55,246 bases of DNA from positions 1-55,246 of IMG/VR virus record IMGVR_UViG_3300037424_001305; one strand, written 5' to 3'. A model generated the notes under the pieces. The model did no database searches, was not told the DNA's origin, and saw only the letters and a list, made by a program, of their open reading frames with translations. The translations under genes were made by a program, and so were the position numbers. Origin of the DNA: a virus. Its lineage: Duplodnaviria > Caudoviricetes. Shown here one piece after another: positions 18,579 to 26,828 of the stretch. Numbering within the stretch: position 1 is the first letter of the stretch; every line of letters starts with the position of its first letter.

Positions 18579-19031
18579 TTACTGGCTCGACAGCATGCCC
18601 CACTGCGCACTGGGCTCGAAGGTAGCAGCCCACTTGGCGGTGTTTGCGATGTCGGTGACGTTCGGGGCCGTGCCATTGGTGCTCTCCACGAGGACCACCC
18701 GAGCCGCCCGGGCCAGAACGACCGCCAGGGGAAGCAGCTTCTGGGCCGTGGTGTTCACGTCACCGGGGGTGCTGTCCTTCTCGAAGTTGATGAGCAGCAT
18801 GTGCGGAGTGTAGACATTCTGAGTCAGGCCCAGGATGTCCTTCGCCAGGGGCTGGCTGATGGGCATCACCTTGATGATGCAACCGGGGTCGCCGGCACCG
18901 TTGTCACCGAGGGTGATGAGAGGGTTCTCATCGGTGTCGAAGCTCTTCGCGACGGTGAGAGCGCTCTGGCGCTGGCTCAGCTCTTCGGCGATGTCATCAC
19001 GGAGGGCGATTGCCTTCTTGCTAGTGGCCAT
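18579..19031 (-). CDS. Putative virion/head protein
   Basis: 150 aa, first gene of the scaffold-MCP unit, AATCT motif upstream. Confidence 0.5.
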   Translation of the reverse strand: MATSKKAIALRDDIAEELSQRQSALTVAKSFDTDENPLITLGDNGAGDPGCIIKVMPISQPLAKDILGLTQNVYTPHMLLINFEKDSTPGDVNTTAQKLLPLAVVLARAARVVLVESTNGTAPNVTDIANTAKWAATFEPSAQWGMLSSQ

Positions 19032-19126
19032 GTTCTTTTGCTCCTTGGAAGTTAGTGATCAGTTCGATCTAATCAGATTGATTAACTGCGACACATAGGC
19101 GGTACTTGCGACACAATCTACCTCCC

Positions 19127-20233
19127 ATGACGAATCTGTTCTGCCTCGGCTGCCAAACCAATAGACCCGAAACCGACTTCAGAGAAATGCCAACCCCCAT
19201 GTACAACAGAACCCGTCAATGGGACTGTATCTCCTGCGAACAGGCCGGCCAGGACAAAGCAACCCAGGCGCTTATTGCGTTAGATCAGAAATTCAAGGGA
19301 GTTAGATGTGGTAGTTGCGGGTGTCCATCGAAACTGGATCCTGAAGGTCTTTGCGCCAAATGCCAGAAGGAAAGGGGATTCAGATTCTGTGCTATCTGCA
19401 ACCGAAAACGCCTACTCCTCATGGACTACTACCCAGGCCGGAGTGAGTGCACTGATTGCTCAGGGGCCAGGCGGCGCATGGACTACACTCAATGTCTGGG
19501 GTGCAAAATCCGGCACCACAAAAACGCTACCTGCTCCAGGATTTCAACCTGCCCAGTCGCCAGAGCTGCGCATCCCAAAAAGTGTATCCGCTGCAAGAAC
19601 CCCAAAGGGGGTGGGGGGTCTGCTGCAATCTGCGCGGCTTGCATCAAGGCCGCCTCAAGGCCCTTCAAGTGCCGCTGGTGTAAGCGCATCGAGTCCCTAG
19701 ATGTCCCATTCTTTTCCTACAGGGTCTGCGTAACCTGCAATGAAACGCCGACAGATAAACTCCTGCGGATCAAAAAATTAAATACGGACATGCGTAAGTA
19801 CGGTCTAAGTGCGGAGCAGTATCAGGGGCTACTCGCGGGCCAAGAAGAAAAATGCAAGATCTGCCACAAGTCGGATAGTCGTCGACTCGGAGTCGACCAC
19901 AATCATGTAACGGGCTTGGTCCGAGGTCTTCTCTGCACGAACTGTAACCTAGGACTTGGTAATTTCAAAGATAACCCAGCCTTACTTAGGACCGCGGCCA
20001 AATACCTGGAAAGTCACGCTACGACTTTACGGTCTCCATCGGAGCCACAGAGCCCATTGCCGGGGCAGAAGCTGACGGCGTGTGCACGACCGGCTCAGGA
20101 GCCGGAGGGCGGGGCTCAGGGGCCGGAGGTGGCTTCAAGGGAAGCTGGCTGCTCTCCAGGGGAATCGGGCCCTCAAAACCTGGCACCAGAGAATGGGCCA
20201 TCGAGGGAGCCTTCCCGGGTTGGAACTTGCTGA
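19127..20233 (+). CDS. Endonuclease VII-family homing endonuclease with multiple Zn fingers
   Basis: KYGLSAEQY...CKIC...VDHNHVTGLVRGLLCTNCNLGLG; many CxxC pairs; ATG 19127 lies 7 nt after AATCT. Confidence 0.8.
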   Translation: MTNLFCLGCQTNRPETDFREMPTPMYNRTRQWDCISCEQAGQDKATQALIALDQKFKGVRCGSCGCPSKLDPEGLCAKCQKERGFRFCAICNRKRLLLMDYYPGRSECTDCSGARRRMDYTQCLGCKIRHHKNATCSRISTCPVARAAHPKKCIRCKNPKGGGGSAAICAACIKAASRPFKCRWCKRIESLDVPFFSYRVCVTCNETPTDKLLRIKKLNTDMRKYGLSAEQYQGLLAGQEEKCKICHKSDSRRLGVDHNHVTGLVRGLLCTNCNLGLGNFKDNPALLRTAAKYLESHATTLRSPSEPQSPLPGQKLTACARPAQEPEGGAQGPEVASREAGCSPGESGPQNLAPENGPSREPSRVGTC

Positions 20234-23200
20234 TCCACTTCCGGCTGTCCAACCCTACCATTCCCGCGGGATCATACTTCTGCTTCTTAGCCTCGTAAAG
20301 AGCTTGGTCCGCGATCTGAGGGCTAGTCCCGAAACCGAGACCCATACTGAGCTTGTGCACGCCGGCCACCGGAGGCACAGCCTCCAGATGTTGACGCAGT
20401 GTCCTGGCGAAGCGGGCCGCGTGCTCATGGGTCGGGAAGTGAGCCACGAATTCATCACCACCGACCCGGAAGAGCTTCCCCTCCTTGGGGGCCGCTTCAT
20501 CTACCGCGGCCCGAAGGGCTCCGCCCATTGCCCGAATAGCCCGATCCCCGGTCTCATGGCCGAAGCGGTCATTCACGGCCTTGAAGTCATTGGCGTCCAA
20601 GGCGACATGAATGCCACCCTTGCTTTCAGCCCTGGTCTTGAAATCCGTGTGCGCGAACTTGTTGCCCATCACATGCCCGGTCATCGGGTCCTTGAAGGCG
20701 TGGGCCCGCAGAGCCTCCGCATGCTTGGGGTCCAGGTGGCCCTGAGCCACCAACTGGTCAAGACGCCCCAGGGCCTCGTGCACCGACTGGGCAGCCTGGG
20801 GGTCACCGGGGTCAGCCTTCAGTAGCGTCTCCAGGACGAACTCCATGTCCCGGACCACGGCTTCCTGCTTCTCCAGGTGCCGGATCCGAGCATGTCCGTT
20901 CTTCACCTGGTGAAGGAGCTGCTGAGCCTGGCTGTCATCCAGAGCCTGGCCGTTGAGGTGCGGGTTCCCGGCCCGAAACTCCAGGAAGTCGTGGCCGTCT
21001 TGATTGGGGTGCTGGATACTGAACCCCCGGCGGACGGGAATCGGGGCCGACGGCATGGGCCAGAGGCCGGTGTCCGGATAATGCGCCAGCTCATGGAGGC
21101 TATAGACCTCGTGCCTGGGGCTGTCCTTCAAGTCCTGGGCCTGTTGCTGCCGGACCTCATCCAGAGGCCCTTCGGTGAGGTGGCGCCCCAGGTCCCCATG
21201 GTAGTCCTCCAGGATATGGACGTGATTGCCGGCAGTTGTGAAGCGGCCGGCGGAGTGCCGGCGGATCTTCAGGTCAGGGCCGGGCCTATACACGTAGGCG
21301 TGGTGAATGTAGGGGGCAATCTCCCGGAGGCCGGCGGTGGCCAGTCGGTCATCTGCGATGGACTTCCGGAGGCCGATGACCAGGGCCTGGGTCTTGGCCA
21401 AAATGGGGTTGTAGGCCGGATGCGGAGCGCTCACCACCGGCGGCACCGGGACCTCGGCCTTGTTCATAATCGGGAGGATGTGGGAGAAGAAGGCCATCAG
21501 GGCCGGGGTCTCGCCCCAGCGCTGCCTGAGGGCTTCCACGGCGCCGGCAGCCTTCACCCAGACAGGGGTGTCGAGGTGATTCTGGTGCCGCGGCCAGGGG
21601 TCCTCGGACTTCCCGAAGTCGAAGCTGTCATCCTCGGGGACATGCTGATTGTGGATAGGGTGCGGGTGCAGCCCATGCTTGATCATCTCGTCCTTGACGC
21701 TGTCCCAGAAGACACGATGGTCGGTGTCGCCGTTGAAGGTCATGGACGGACGGCCGCGCATCTGGTCGTAGTGACCGACAGTCAACCAGTGCAGCCAAAA
21801 TGCCGGAAACACGGACTGTTGCTCGCGGCCCCGGAAGTGTTTAGGGAAGGTCTCCAGGACGTGCTTGACAGCCGGATGCCTGGTGAAGAAGTTGTGGTCG
21901 ATGGCCCGGAGCAGCTTCTCGTTCTGGGGCTTGCTCATGACCTGGGTTTGGAGCTTCTCCAGCATGGGCTCACCCCGGAACTTGTGCGGGCGATTCGGGT
22001 CGGGCTCCAGCTGTAGGTCGAAGGTGGAGCGAATCATGTGCCGGTCGGGGACAATCATGTTGCCGCCACCGTACATGGCCAGGAGGTATCGGGTCAGCTT
22101 CGGGCCATAACCGGAGAACCCGCCGTGCTCTGGCACCGTGGCCCCGGCTTCACGGCCGGCCCGGGAGGCGACCCTATTGGCGCCCTTGGCCCGGAAGGCC
22201 TCGGCCTTCAGGTCCATCAGCTCAGCGGCAATGCCCTGGGTGTCGTCCTTGTGGGTAGCCGTCAGGTGCTCCAGGTACGGGAACAGGAGGTGTGCGTTCC
22301 GGAGCCCGCGGACCTGCGGCAGCTCGCCGACGTCACGCTCACCGGGCCCCATGCCGGCGCCAGTGTCTGGCTGTTTAAAGGCGGAGGTCTCATAATGCTC
22401 ACGGTTCCACTTCGGCACCTCGCCGCCTGTGGCCCTGGCCTGGAACTCCTGGAGAGCGTCCTCGCTGATGGGCTGCATGGGGTCGACCTGGCCCTCGTGC
22501 ATCATGTCCATGTAGTGGCCGTAGTACAGCTCCTGAAGGCTGACGGGTGTGTTGCCGGTGACAAAAACCTGTCCCAGACGACGAGCCACAAAAAAGGTGT
22601 TCTCCACGATAGGACACCAGACCCGGGTCTTAGCTCTGTAGCGACGGATGTGGTCCTTGTTGACCCGGTAATTTTGCCGGCCCAACTTTGACACGTACCA
22701 ACAAGTAGTCATCTTCGGGATGTTCTTGAGCTTCTCGGACTTCGGCTCATATTTGCTCATGTCCCGATTGACAGCATTGGAGGGATTCCCAGTCATCAAG
22801 AGCAGGGCCTGGAAGGCTCCGGCCTGCTCCTCTCGTCCCGTTGCCAGGACCTGACGGTCAGCCTGTCCTTCATGGGTTTCCGTCGACCCGTCTCCCAGGA
22901 ACATGGCATCTCGGAGCCGGACCAGGGCCTCAGCACCCAGGGTCAAGAGTACGGGGACCGTCAGGGTCCGGTCAGGGCACAGGGCCGTTAGTAGGTCGGT
23001 GAGCCTTTTGCCGACATACCAGTTGCACTTGTTCTCGTTGTACTGGTAGCGACCGAACTCTCCCGGGGCCAGGCGCTCCAGGAGGGCCTGGATGCGGGCA
23101 CACTTCGCGGGATTCCCTGACGGGCTCTGGACCAGGAATGCCCGGAGTCTCTTGGTTGTGTCGCTGGGGCTCGGCTTCCTGATGAAGCCGTCCGTGACGA

Positions 23201-24908
23201 ACCAGCCCAGAAGCTCGGCCTCATCTGGAGTCAGGGAGCTGTTCTCTGGGGCGACGTAGTCCCCGGACCGGTGAATCCTCTCGGCATGGGCCAAGGTCGC
23301 CGAGGTCTTTTCGGCTACGTGGCCTCGTTGCGTCGTAACGAGCCACCGGTGATCGGGGGTTGTAACGACCTTCAAGCTGCGGCTGTCGATCTCGACCAGG
23401 TCCCCCTCGTAGTCAGGGAAGCGCCGCAGGTCGAGCATGGACTGCCATTCCAAAGCCATAGTGACTGGATTCTTGGTCAAGAGAACATCGTTCTTCTTGA
23501 GGTCGAAGCCCTTGACCCAGCCACGCTGCGTCAAGGCCTCAGTCTTGTCATCGAGGCAGTTGGGGCTCATGGCCGCGAAGATGACCGATTTCGCGATGAT
23601 ACCGTTCGGCACCTTACCCTCAGACAGGGCCTTGTTGAGGGGCATCCAGTTGGACATGGCTCGCTGCCAGGGTTCGTGCACCGTCCTGATGATGTTGTTG
23701 TACTGCTCTTCGTTGATGGTGCCGTCCTGGAGCCCCTCATCAGGGCGCAGGAGTGCGCGGTAGACCTTGTCGTCGGGGTAGTGCTGCTTGATACCGACCC
23801 TGGTGGCCCCCCGGCCGGCTCCCGGGGCCGTCATCAGCAACTTGCCGCCGGGCTTCATCTCGACGCCGCCCCTGGTACTGGGCTTCATGGCACCCTTGGG
23901 CTCGGACTCACGGTCAACCCGGGGTTCCGTGGGCATGCTGGGATTGGCCTTGGGGAGGTCTCCGGCTTCAGCCTTCCTAAGCTTCAGTCGATAATCGTCG
24001 GCGATGCCAGCAAAATGGTCCAGGAAGTCGTCACTGGCCTCAGGCAGCTCGGCCTTCAGGGCGGCGCGGGCCTCTTCCTTGGTGAAGTCCCAGTTCTTGT
24101 CCAGGAAGGACTTCATGACGCTGTAGACCTTCTTCTTGACGTCCTCACGCTGGAGGGCGGCGCCACCACTGAGGGTCGACGGAGCCCCGGAAGGCATGCC
24201 GGCCGCCATGGCCTTCTTCAGCCGCTTGAAGACCTTCAGGGCCATCAGGGACTTCACGAGGTCCGAGTGGTCCTTCTCGCCGAAGTCCTGGTACTCGGTC
24301 TCCACGGTGCCGCCCAACCGCCGGAAGAGGCTGTGTTCATTTTTCTCCGCGAGATCCGCAAGCACGTCCCCAACCTTCTGGATGGGCTTCTTGTCGAAGC
24401 CCTTGGGGGCGTTGGGGTCCTCCAGGAGCCCAGAAGCCGCAGTCTTGTTGGCAGGCTTCAGGGTCAGGGCGACCTTCCGGACCGCGGTCCGCTTGAGGAT
24501 ATTTCCGTCCCGCTCCAAGGTGCTACCCTCGACACTGAACCGAATCAGGATGGGCTCGTGGTTTGCATGGTGGTCACGAATCTGGGCCGCGATGGCCAGC
24601 GCGCCTGCGTGGCCGGCGCCGTCATAGAGCCGGCTGATACCGTAGATGAAGGGGTGCTTGACCTTCTTCCAGAACTCCCGCTGGCGGGCGTTCTCGCAAT
24701 CGGACTCCCGGAAGATCTTCTTCACGGAGATAATGCGACCCACAGACTCCTGGCCCCGGGCCGTATCCCCGTTTTCGTGCTCCCAATTCAAGGTGCCGTC
24801 GCCGGCTTCCAGACTGGAGATGTCTGCGCCATCGACATCCAGGATCTCTCCCGAACTGTCGATAACCTCGGACCCGAAGATTCCGTCGATGGTCATCCCA
24901 GTAGACAT
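20019..24908 (-). CDS. Prohead protease polyprotein: HK97-type protease + capsid N-arm copy + HhH glycosylase-like domain (with intein) + GGDEF domain
   Basis: Protease IDSSGE/NWEH/FSVEG/VALTLKPAN; HhH GYGPKLTRYLL..IVPDRHMIR; GGDEF DPMTG, DANDFKAVNDRFGHETGD, FRVGGDEF, ADQALYEAK; start taken as MSTG at 24908. Confidence 0.85.
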   Translation of the reverse strand: MSTGMTIDGIFGSEVIDSSGEILDVDGADISSLEAGDGTLNWEHENGDTARGQESVGRIISVKKIFRESDCENARQREFWKKVKHPFIYGISRLYDGAGHAGALAIAAQIRDHHANHEPILIRFSVEGSTLERDGNILKRTAVRKVALTLKPANKTAASGLLEDPNAPKGFDKKPIQKVGDVLADLAEKNEHSLFRRLGGTVETEYQDFGEKDHSDLVKSLMALKVFKRLKKAMAAGMPSGAPSTLSGGAALQREDVKKKVYSVMKSFLDKNWDFTKEEARAALKAELPEASDDFLDHFAGIADDYRLKLRKAEAGDLPKANPSMPTEPRVDRESEPKGAMKPSTRGGVEMKPGGKLLMTAPGAGRGATRVGIKQHYPDDKVYRALLRPDEGLQDGTINEEQYNNIIRTVHEPWQRAMSNWMPLNKALSEGKVPNGIIAKSVIFAAMSPNCLDDKTEALTQRGWVKGFDLKKNDVLLTKNPVTMALEWQSMLDLRRFPDYEGDLVEIDSRSLKVVTTPDHRWLVTTQRGHVAEKTSATLAHAERIHRSGDYVAPENSSLTPDEAELLGWFVTDGFIRKPSPSDTTKRLRAFLVQSPSGNPAKCARIQALLERLAPGEFGRYQYNENKCNWYVGKRLTDLLTALCPDRTLTVPVLLTLGAEALVRLRDAMFLGDGSTETHEGQADRQVLATGREEQAGAFQALLLMTGNPSNAVNRDMSKYEPKSEKLKNIPKMTTCWYVSKLGRQNYRVNKDHIRRYRAKTRVWCPIVENTFFVARRLGQVFVTGNTPVSLQELYYGHYMDMMHEGQVDPMQPISEDALQEFQARATGGEVPKWNREHYETSAFKQPDTGAGMGPGERDVGELPQVRGLRNAHLLFPYLEHLTATHKDDTQGIAAELMDLKAEAFRAKGANRVASRAGREAGATVPEHGGFSGYGPKLTRYLLAMYGGGNMIVPDRHMIRSTFDLQLEPDPNRPHKFRGEPMLEKLQTQVMSKPQNEKLLRAIDHNFFTRHPAVKHVLETFPKHFRGREQQSVFPAFWLHWLTVGHYDQMRGRPSMTFNGDTDHRVFWDSVKDEMIKHGLHPHPIHNQHVPEDDSFDFGKSEDPWPRHQNHLDTPVWVKAAGAVEALRQRWGETPALMAFFSHILPIMNKAEVPVPPVVSAPHPAYNPILAKTQALVIGLRKSIADDRLATAGLREIAPYIHHAYVYRPGPDLKIRRHSAGRFTTAGNHVHILEDYHGDLGRHLTEGPLDEVRQQQAQDLKDSPRHEVYSLHELAHYPDTGLWPMPSAPIPVRRGFSIQHPNQDGHDFLEFRAGNPHLNGQALDDSQAQQLLHQVKNGHARIRHLEKQEAVVRDMEFVLETLLKADPGDPQAAQSVHEALGRLDQLVAQGHLDPKHAEALRAHAFKDPMTGHVMGNKFAHTDFKTRAESKGGIHVALDANDFKAVNDRFGHETGDRAIRAMGGALRAAVDEAAPKEGKLFRVGGDEFVAHFPTHEHAARFARTLRQHLEAVPPVAGVHKLSMGLGFGTSPQIADQALYEAKKQKYDPAGMVGLDSRKWISKFQPGKAPSMAHSLVPGFEGPIPLESSQLPLKPPPAPEPRPPAPEPVVHTPSASAPAMGSVAPMETVKS
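22551..23558 (-). mobile_element. Intein (336 aa, LAGLIDADG) in the glycosylase-like domain of the protease polyprotein
   Basis: SPN|CLDDKTEALTQRGW; TPDHRW; LLGWFVTDG and AMFLGDG; VFVTGN|T. Confidence 0.9.
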
Positions 24909-24915
24909 GCCGCAA

Positions 24916-24920
24916 AGATT
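24916..24920 (-). promoter_or_regulatory. Putative late promoter core AATCT (class also at 4298, 6096, 11608, 12345, 19075, 37808 minus; 19115, 52657 plus)
   Basis: AATCT followed by exactly 7 nt and then a start codon at five genes. Confidence 0.65.
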
Positions 24921-24925
24921 GCCTC

Positions 24926-24954
24926 TTGACACGGGCACCTACATCCTGTAGAAA
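24926..24954 (+). promoter_or_regulatory. Sigma70-type early promoter TTGACA-N17-TAGAAA
   Basis: Read directly; GTG 6 nt downstream. Confidence 0.75.
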
Positions 24955-24960
24955 GGCGCA

Positions 24961-25176
24961 GTGAACACCTATACGACCCTGAAGACCAAGTACCCTTGCT
25001 GTAAGGGACGGGCCCGGTTCAAGGCCGTGCACGACGTGCCAACCCAGATTTACGACCGCCGGTGCCCCTTCTGCGGCAAAGCTTGGATGGTCACCCGGAC
25101 CTCCCTGGCTCCCATAAGCTACGGCCGAGTTGACGAACTGGTCTGGGAAGAAGTCGGTGTTGACAAGCGGTTCTAG
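24961..25176 (+). CDS. Small Zn-ribbon hypothetical protein
   Basis: PCC...CPFC; own promoter. Confidence 0.6.
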   Translation: MNTYTTLKTKYPCCKGRARFKAVHDVPTQIYDRRCPFCGKAWMVTRTSLAPISYGRVDELVWEEVGVDKRF

Positions 25177-25188
25177 GCCTGGTATAAA
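25160..25188 (+). promoter_or_regulatory. Sigma70-type early promoter TTGACA-N17-TATAAA
   Basis: Read directly; ATG 6 nt downstream. Confidence 0.75.
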
Positions 25189-25194
25189 ACAACC

Positions 25195-25543
25195 ATGCAC
25201 TTCCAAGACTTCGACGACATCGTGCAGGCCCTGAACGAGACGAGCCCGGAAGCCGGGGACCTGTTCCGGCTTGCTGCCCGCCAGGAGGCCGAGCGTCGCT
25301 GGCGGCGGCGGGGCGCGCGCCCGGACGGCGAGGTCGCTGGAGGGCCTGTTCGATACCGTGGAGACAGACTTCTGGGACGCGGTCAACAAGAGCCTGGACC
25401 AGACGGACATCGTCCCCGACCCCGTAAAGCTCCTGGAGGACGACAGCTACCCCGCCATTCTGGCGGCAGCGCTGCTGCTGTCCCAGACCAGGCACTCCAA
25501 CGGCTGCGGCCCCAGGGAGGCCCCGTGGTCCTCGAACACCTAA
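25195..25543 (+). pseudogene. Hypothetical gene with an apparent +1 frameshift near 25335
   Basis: Protein-like sequence switches frames (...PDGEVA to EGLFDTVETDFWDAV...). Confidence 0.5.
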
Positions 25544-25551
25544 GCGGGAAC

Positions 25552-25854
25552 ATGCGGTGCACGCTCTTCACCCTGAAGGCCTTCGGGGTCGATATCCGGG
25601 GCCTGACACCAACCCACACCCAGGACGTCCTGTCGACCCTCCGTCGTGAGGGCTTCACCTGGGACATTCTCCCAGACAACACCAACCTCGTGGGGAGGCC
25701 CCTCCTCAAAGTCCTGGAACAACTCCCTCCCGGGGACTACGTCATCGGCACCCGGGAGCACAGCATGGCCTTCCGGTACAACCGCTACCTCTACGACACC
25801 GAGCAGGGAAGCATGAACCGTCGCGTGGAGGAAGTCTTCAGGATCAGCAAATGA
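25552..25854 (+). CDS. Hypothetical protein, possible miniature papain-fold (C..H..D)
   Basis: MRCTLF...YVIGTREHSMAF...LYDT. Confidence 0.45.
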   Translation: MRCTLFTLKAFGVDIRGLTPTHTQDVLSTLRREGFTWDILPDNTNLVGRPLLKVLEQLPPGDYVIGTREHSMAFRYNRYLYDTEQGSMNRRVEEVFRISK

Positions 25855-26261
25855 ATACCTGCCTGGAGGACGACCGGTCCTTCGACGACCTCTGGGACCG
25901 GGTCTACCACCCCTTCCGACTAAAGCTCATAAGCCGCGGAGCCAAGTTTCTGGGAAAGGGACGGGGTCGCACCGTGTACCGGCTTGGCAACCTGGTCTGG
26001 AAAATTCCCCACAACTGGCAGGGGGTCGAGCACAACGAGACGGAAGCTCGCAGCCGGGAAAACCCCGACGACACCGACATCCCCCTGGCTCGATGCCGGC
26101 TCCTGAAGGACTTCATTCTGGCCATGGAGTACGTCAAACCCAGGGTTTGCCGGCATCGCCGCATCTGCAAGTGCTTTCCCGAGTGGACCGATTGGGTCGA
26201 CTGCACCCAGGTGGGGGTGACCAGGAAAGGAGCCCTGGTGGCCTACGATTACGGAGGATAA
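25851..26261 (+). CDS. Miniature protein-kinase-like protein
   Basis: LGKGRGRTVY Gly loop, VWKIP Lys, NETE, C-terminal LVAYDYG. Confidence 0.55.
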   Translation: MNTCLEDDRSFDDLWDRVYHPFRLKLISRGAKFLGKGRGRTVYRLGNLVWKIPHNWQGVEHNETEARSRENPDDTDIPLARCRLLKDFILAMEYVKPRVCRHRRICKCFPEWTDWVDCTQVGVTRKGALVAYDYGG

Positions 26262-26304
26262 TCAAGAGCTTGAGCGACTAAGCCGTACTTTTTCTCCGCA
26301 GAAC

Positions 26305-26334
26305 TTGACAGCCTCAAGCCGAGAATGGTAGAAC
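26305..26334 (+). promoter_or_regulatory. Sigma70-type early promoter TTGACA-N18-TAGAAC
   Basis: Read directly; ATG 7 nt downstream. Confidence 0.7.
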
Positions 26335-26341
26335 TCCGGGC

Positions 26342-26743
26342 ATGGACATCGAACTTCTCAGGCAGCCGACCAAGACCACCTGTGGGGAAACCTGCGTGGC
26401 GATGTTGACCGGGGTCTCTGTGCAGGAAGTCCGAGACATCACCAAGTCAAAGAGGGGCACCCAGGCGCGCGACCTCGTGGGGGCAATCTCCACTATCGGC
26501 GGTTTCACGGTTGAGCCCGAGGTCAAGAAGGCGGGCCAGGACCTGCCTATGACGGCCATCTGTCGCGTGTACTGGCACCGGCGCTCCAAGAAGTCGCCGA
26601 CCGGCTTCGGGGCCGGCCTCAGCCGAAACTGGCACTGGGTCCTCTACCACAACGGCACCTTCTACGACCCCACCTTCGGCATCGTTGAAGGCTGGGGCGG
26701 CCGCGGCAAGCTCACCCACTTCATGGCCGTGAAGAAGGCTTGA
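26342..26743 (+). CDS. C39-like cysteine peptidase
   Basis: QPTKTTCGETCVAML, HWVLY, FYDP. Confidence 0.7.
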   Translation: MDIELLRQPTKTTCGETCVAMLTGVSVQEVRDITKSKRGTQARDLVGAISTIGGFTVEPEVKKAGQDLPMTAICRVYWHRRSKKSPTGFGAGLSRNWHWVLYHNGTFYDPTFGIVEGWGGRGKLTHFMAVKKA

Positions 26744-26792
26744 GACAAAATGCCAGCGCCTTCGCTGGGTTTGCAGACATCGGTTCCTCCAC

Positions 26793-26821
26793 TTGACAGG
26801 TTCTTCGGGGTCCTGTAGAAG
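26793..26821 (+). promoter_or_regulatory. Sigma70-type early promoter TTGACA-N17-TAGAAG
   Basis: Read directly; ATG 7 nt downstream. Confidence 0.75.
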
Positions 26822-26828
26822 ACTACCC

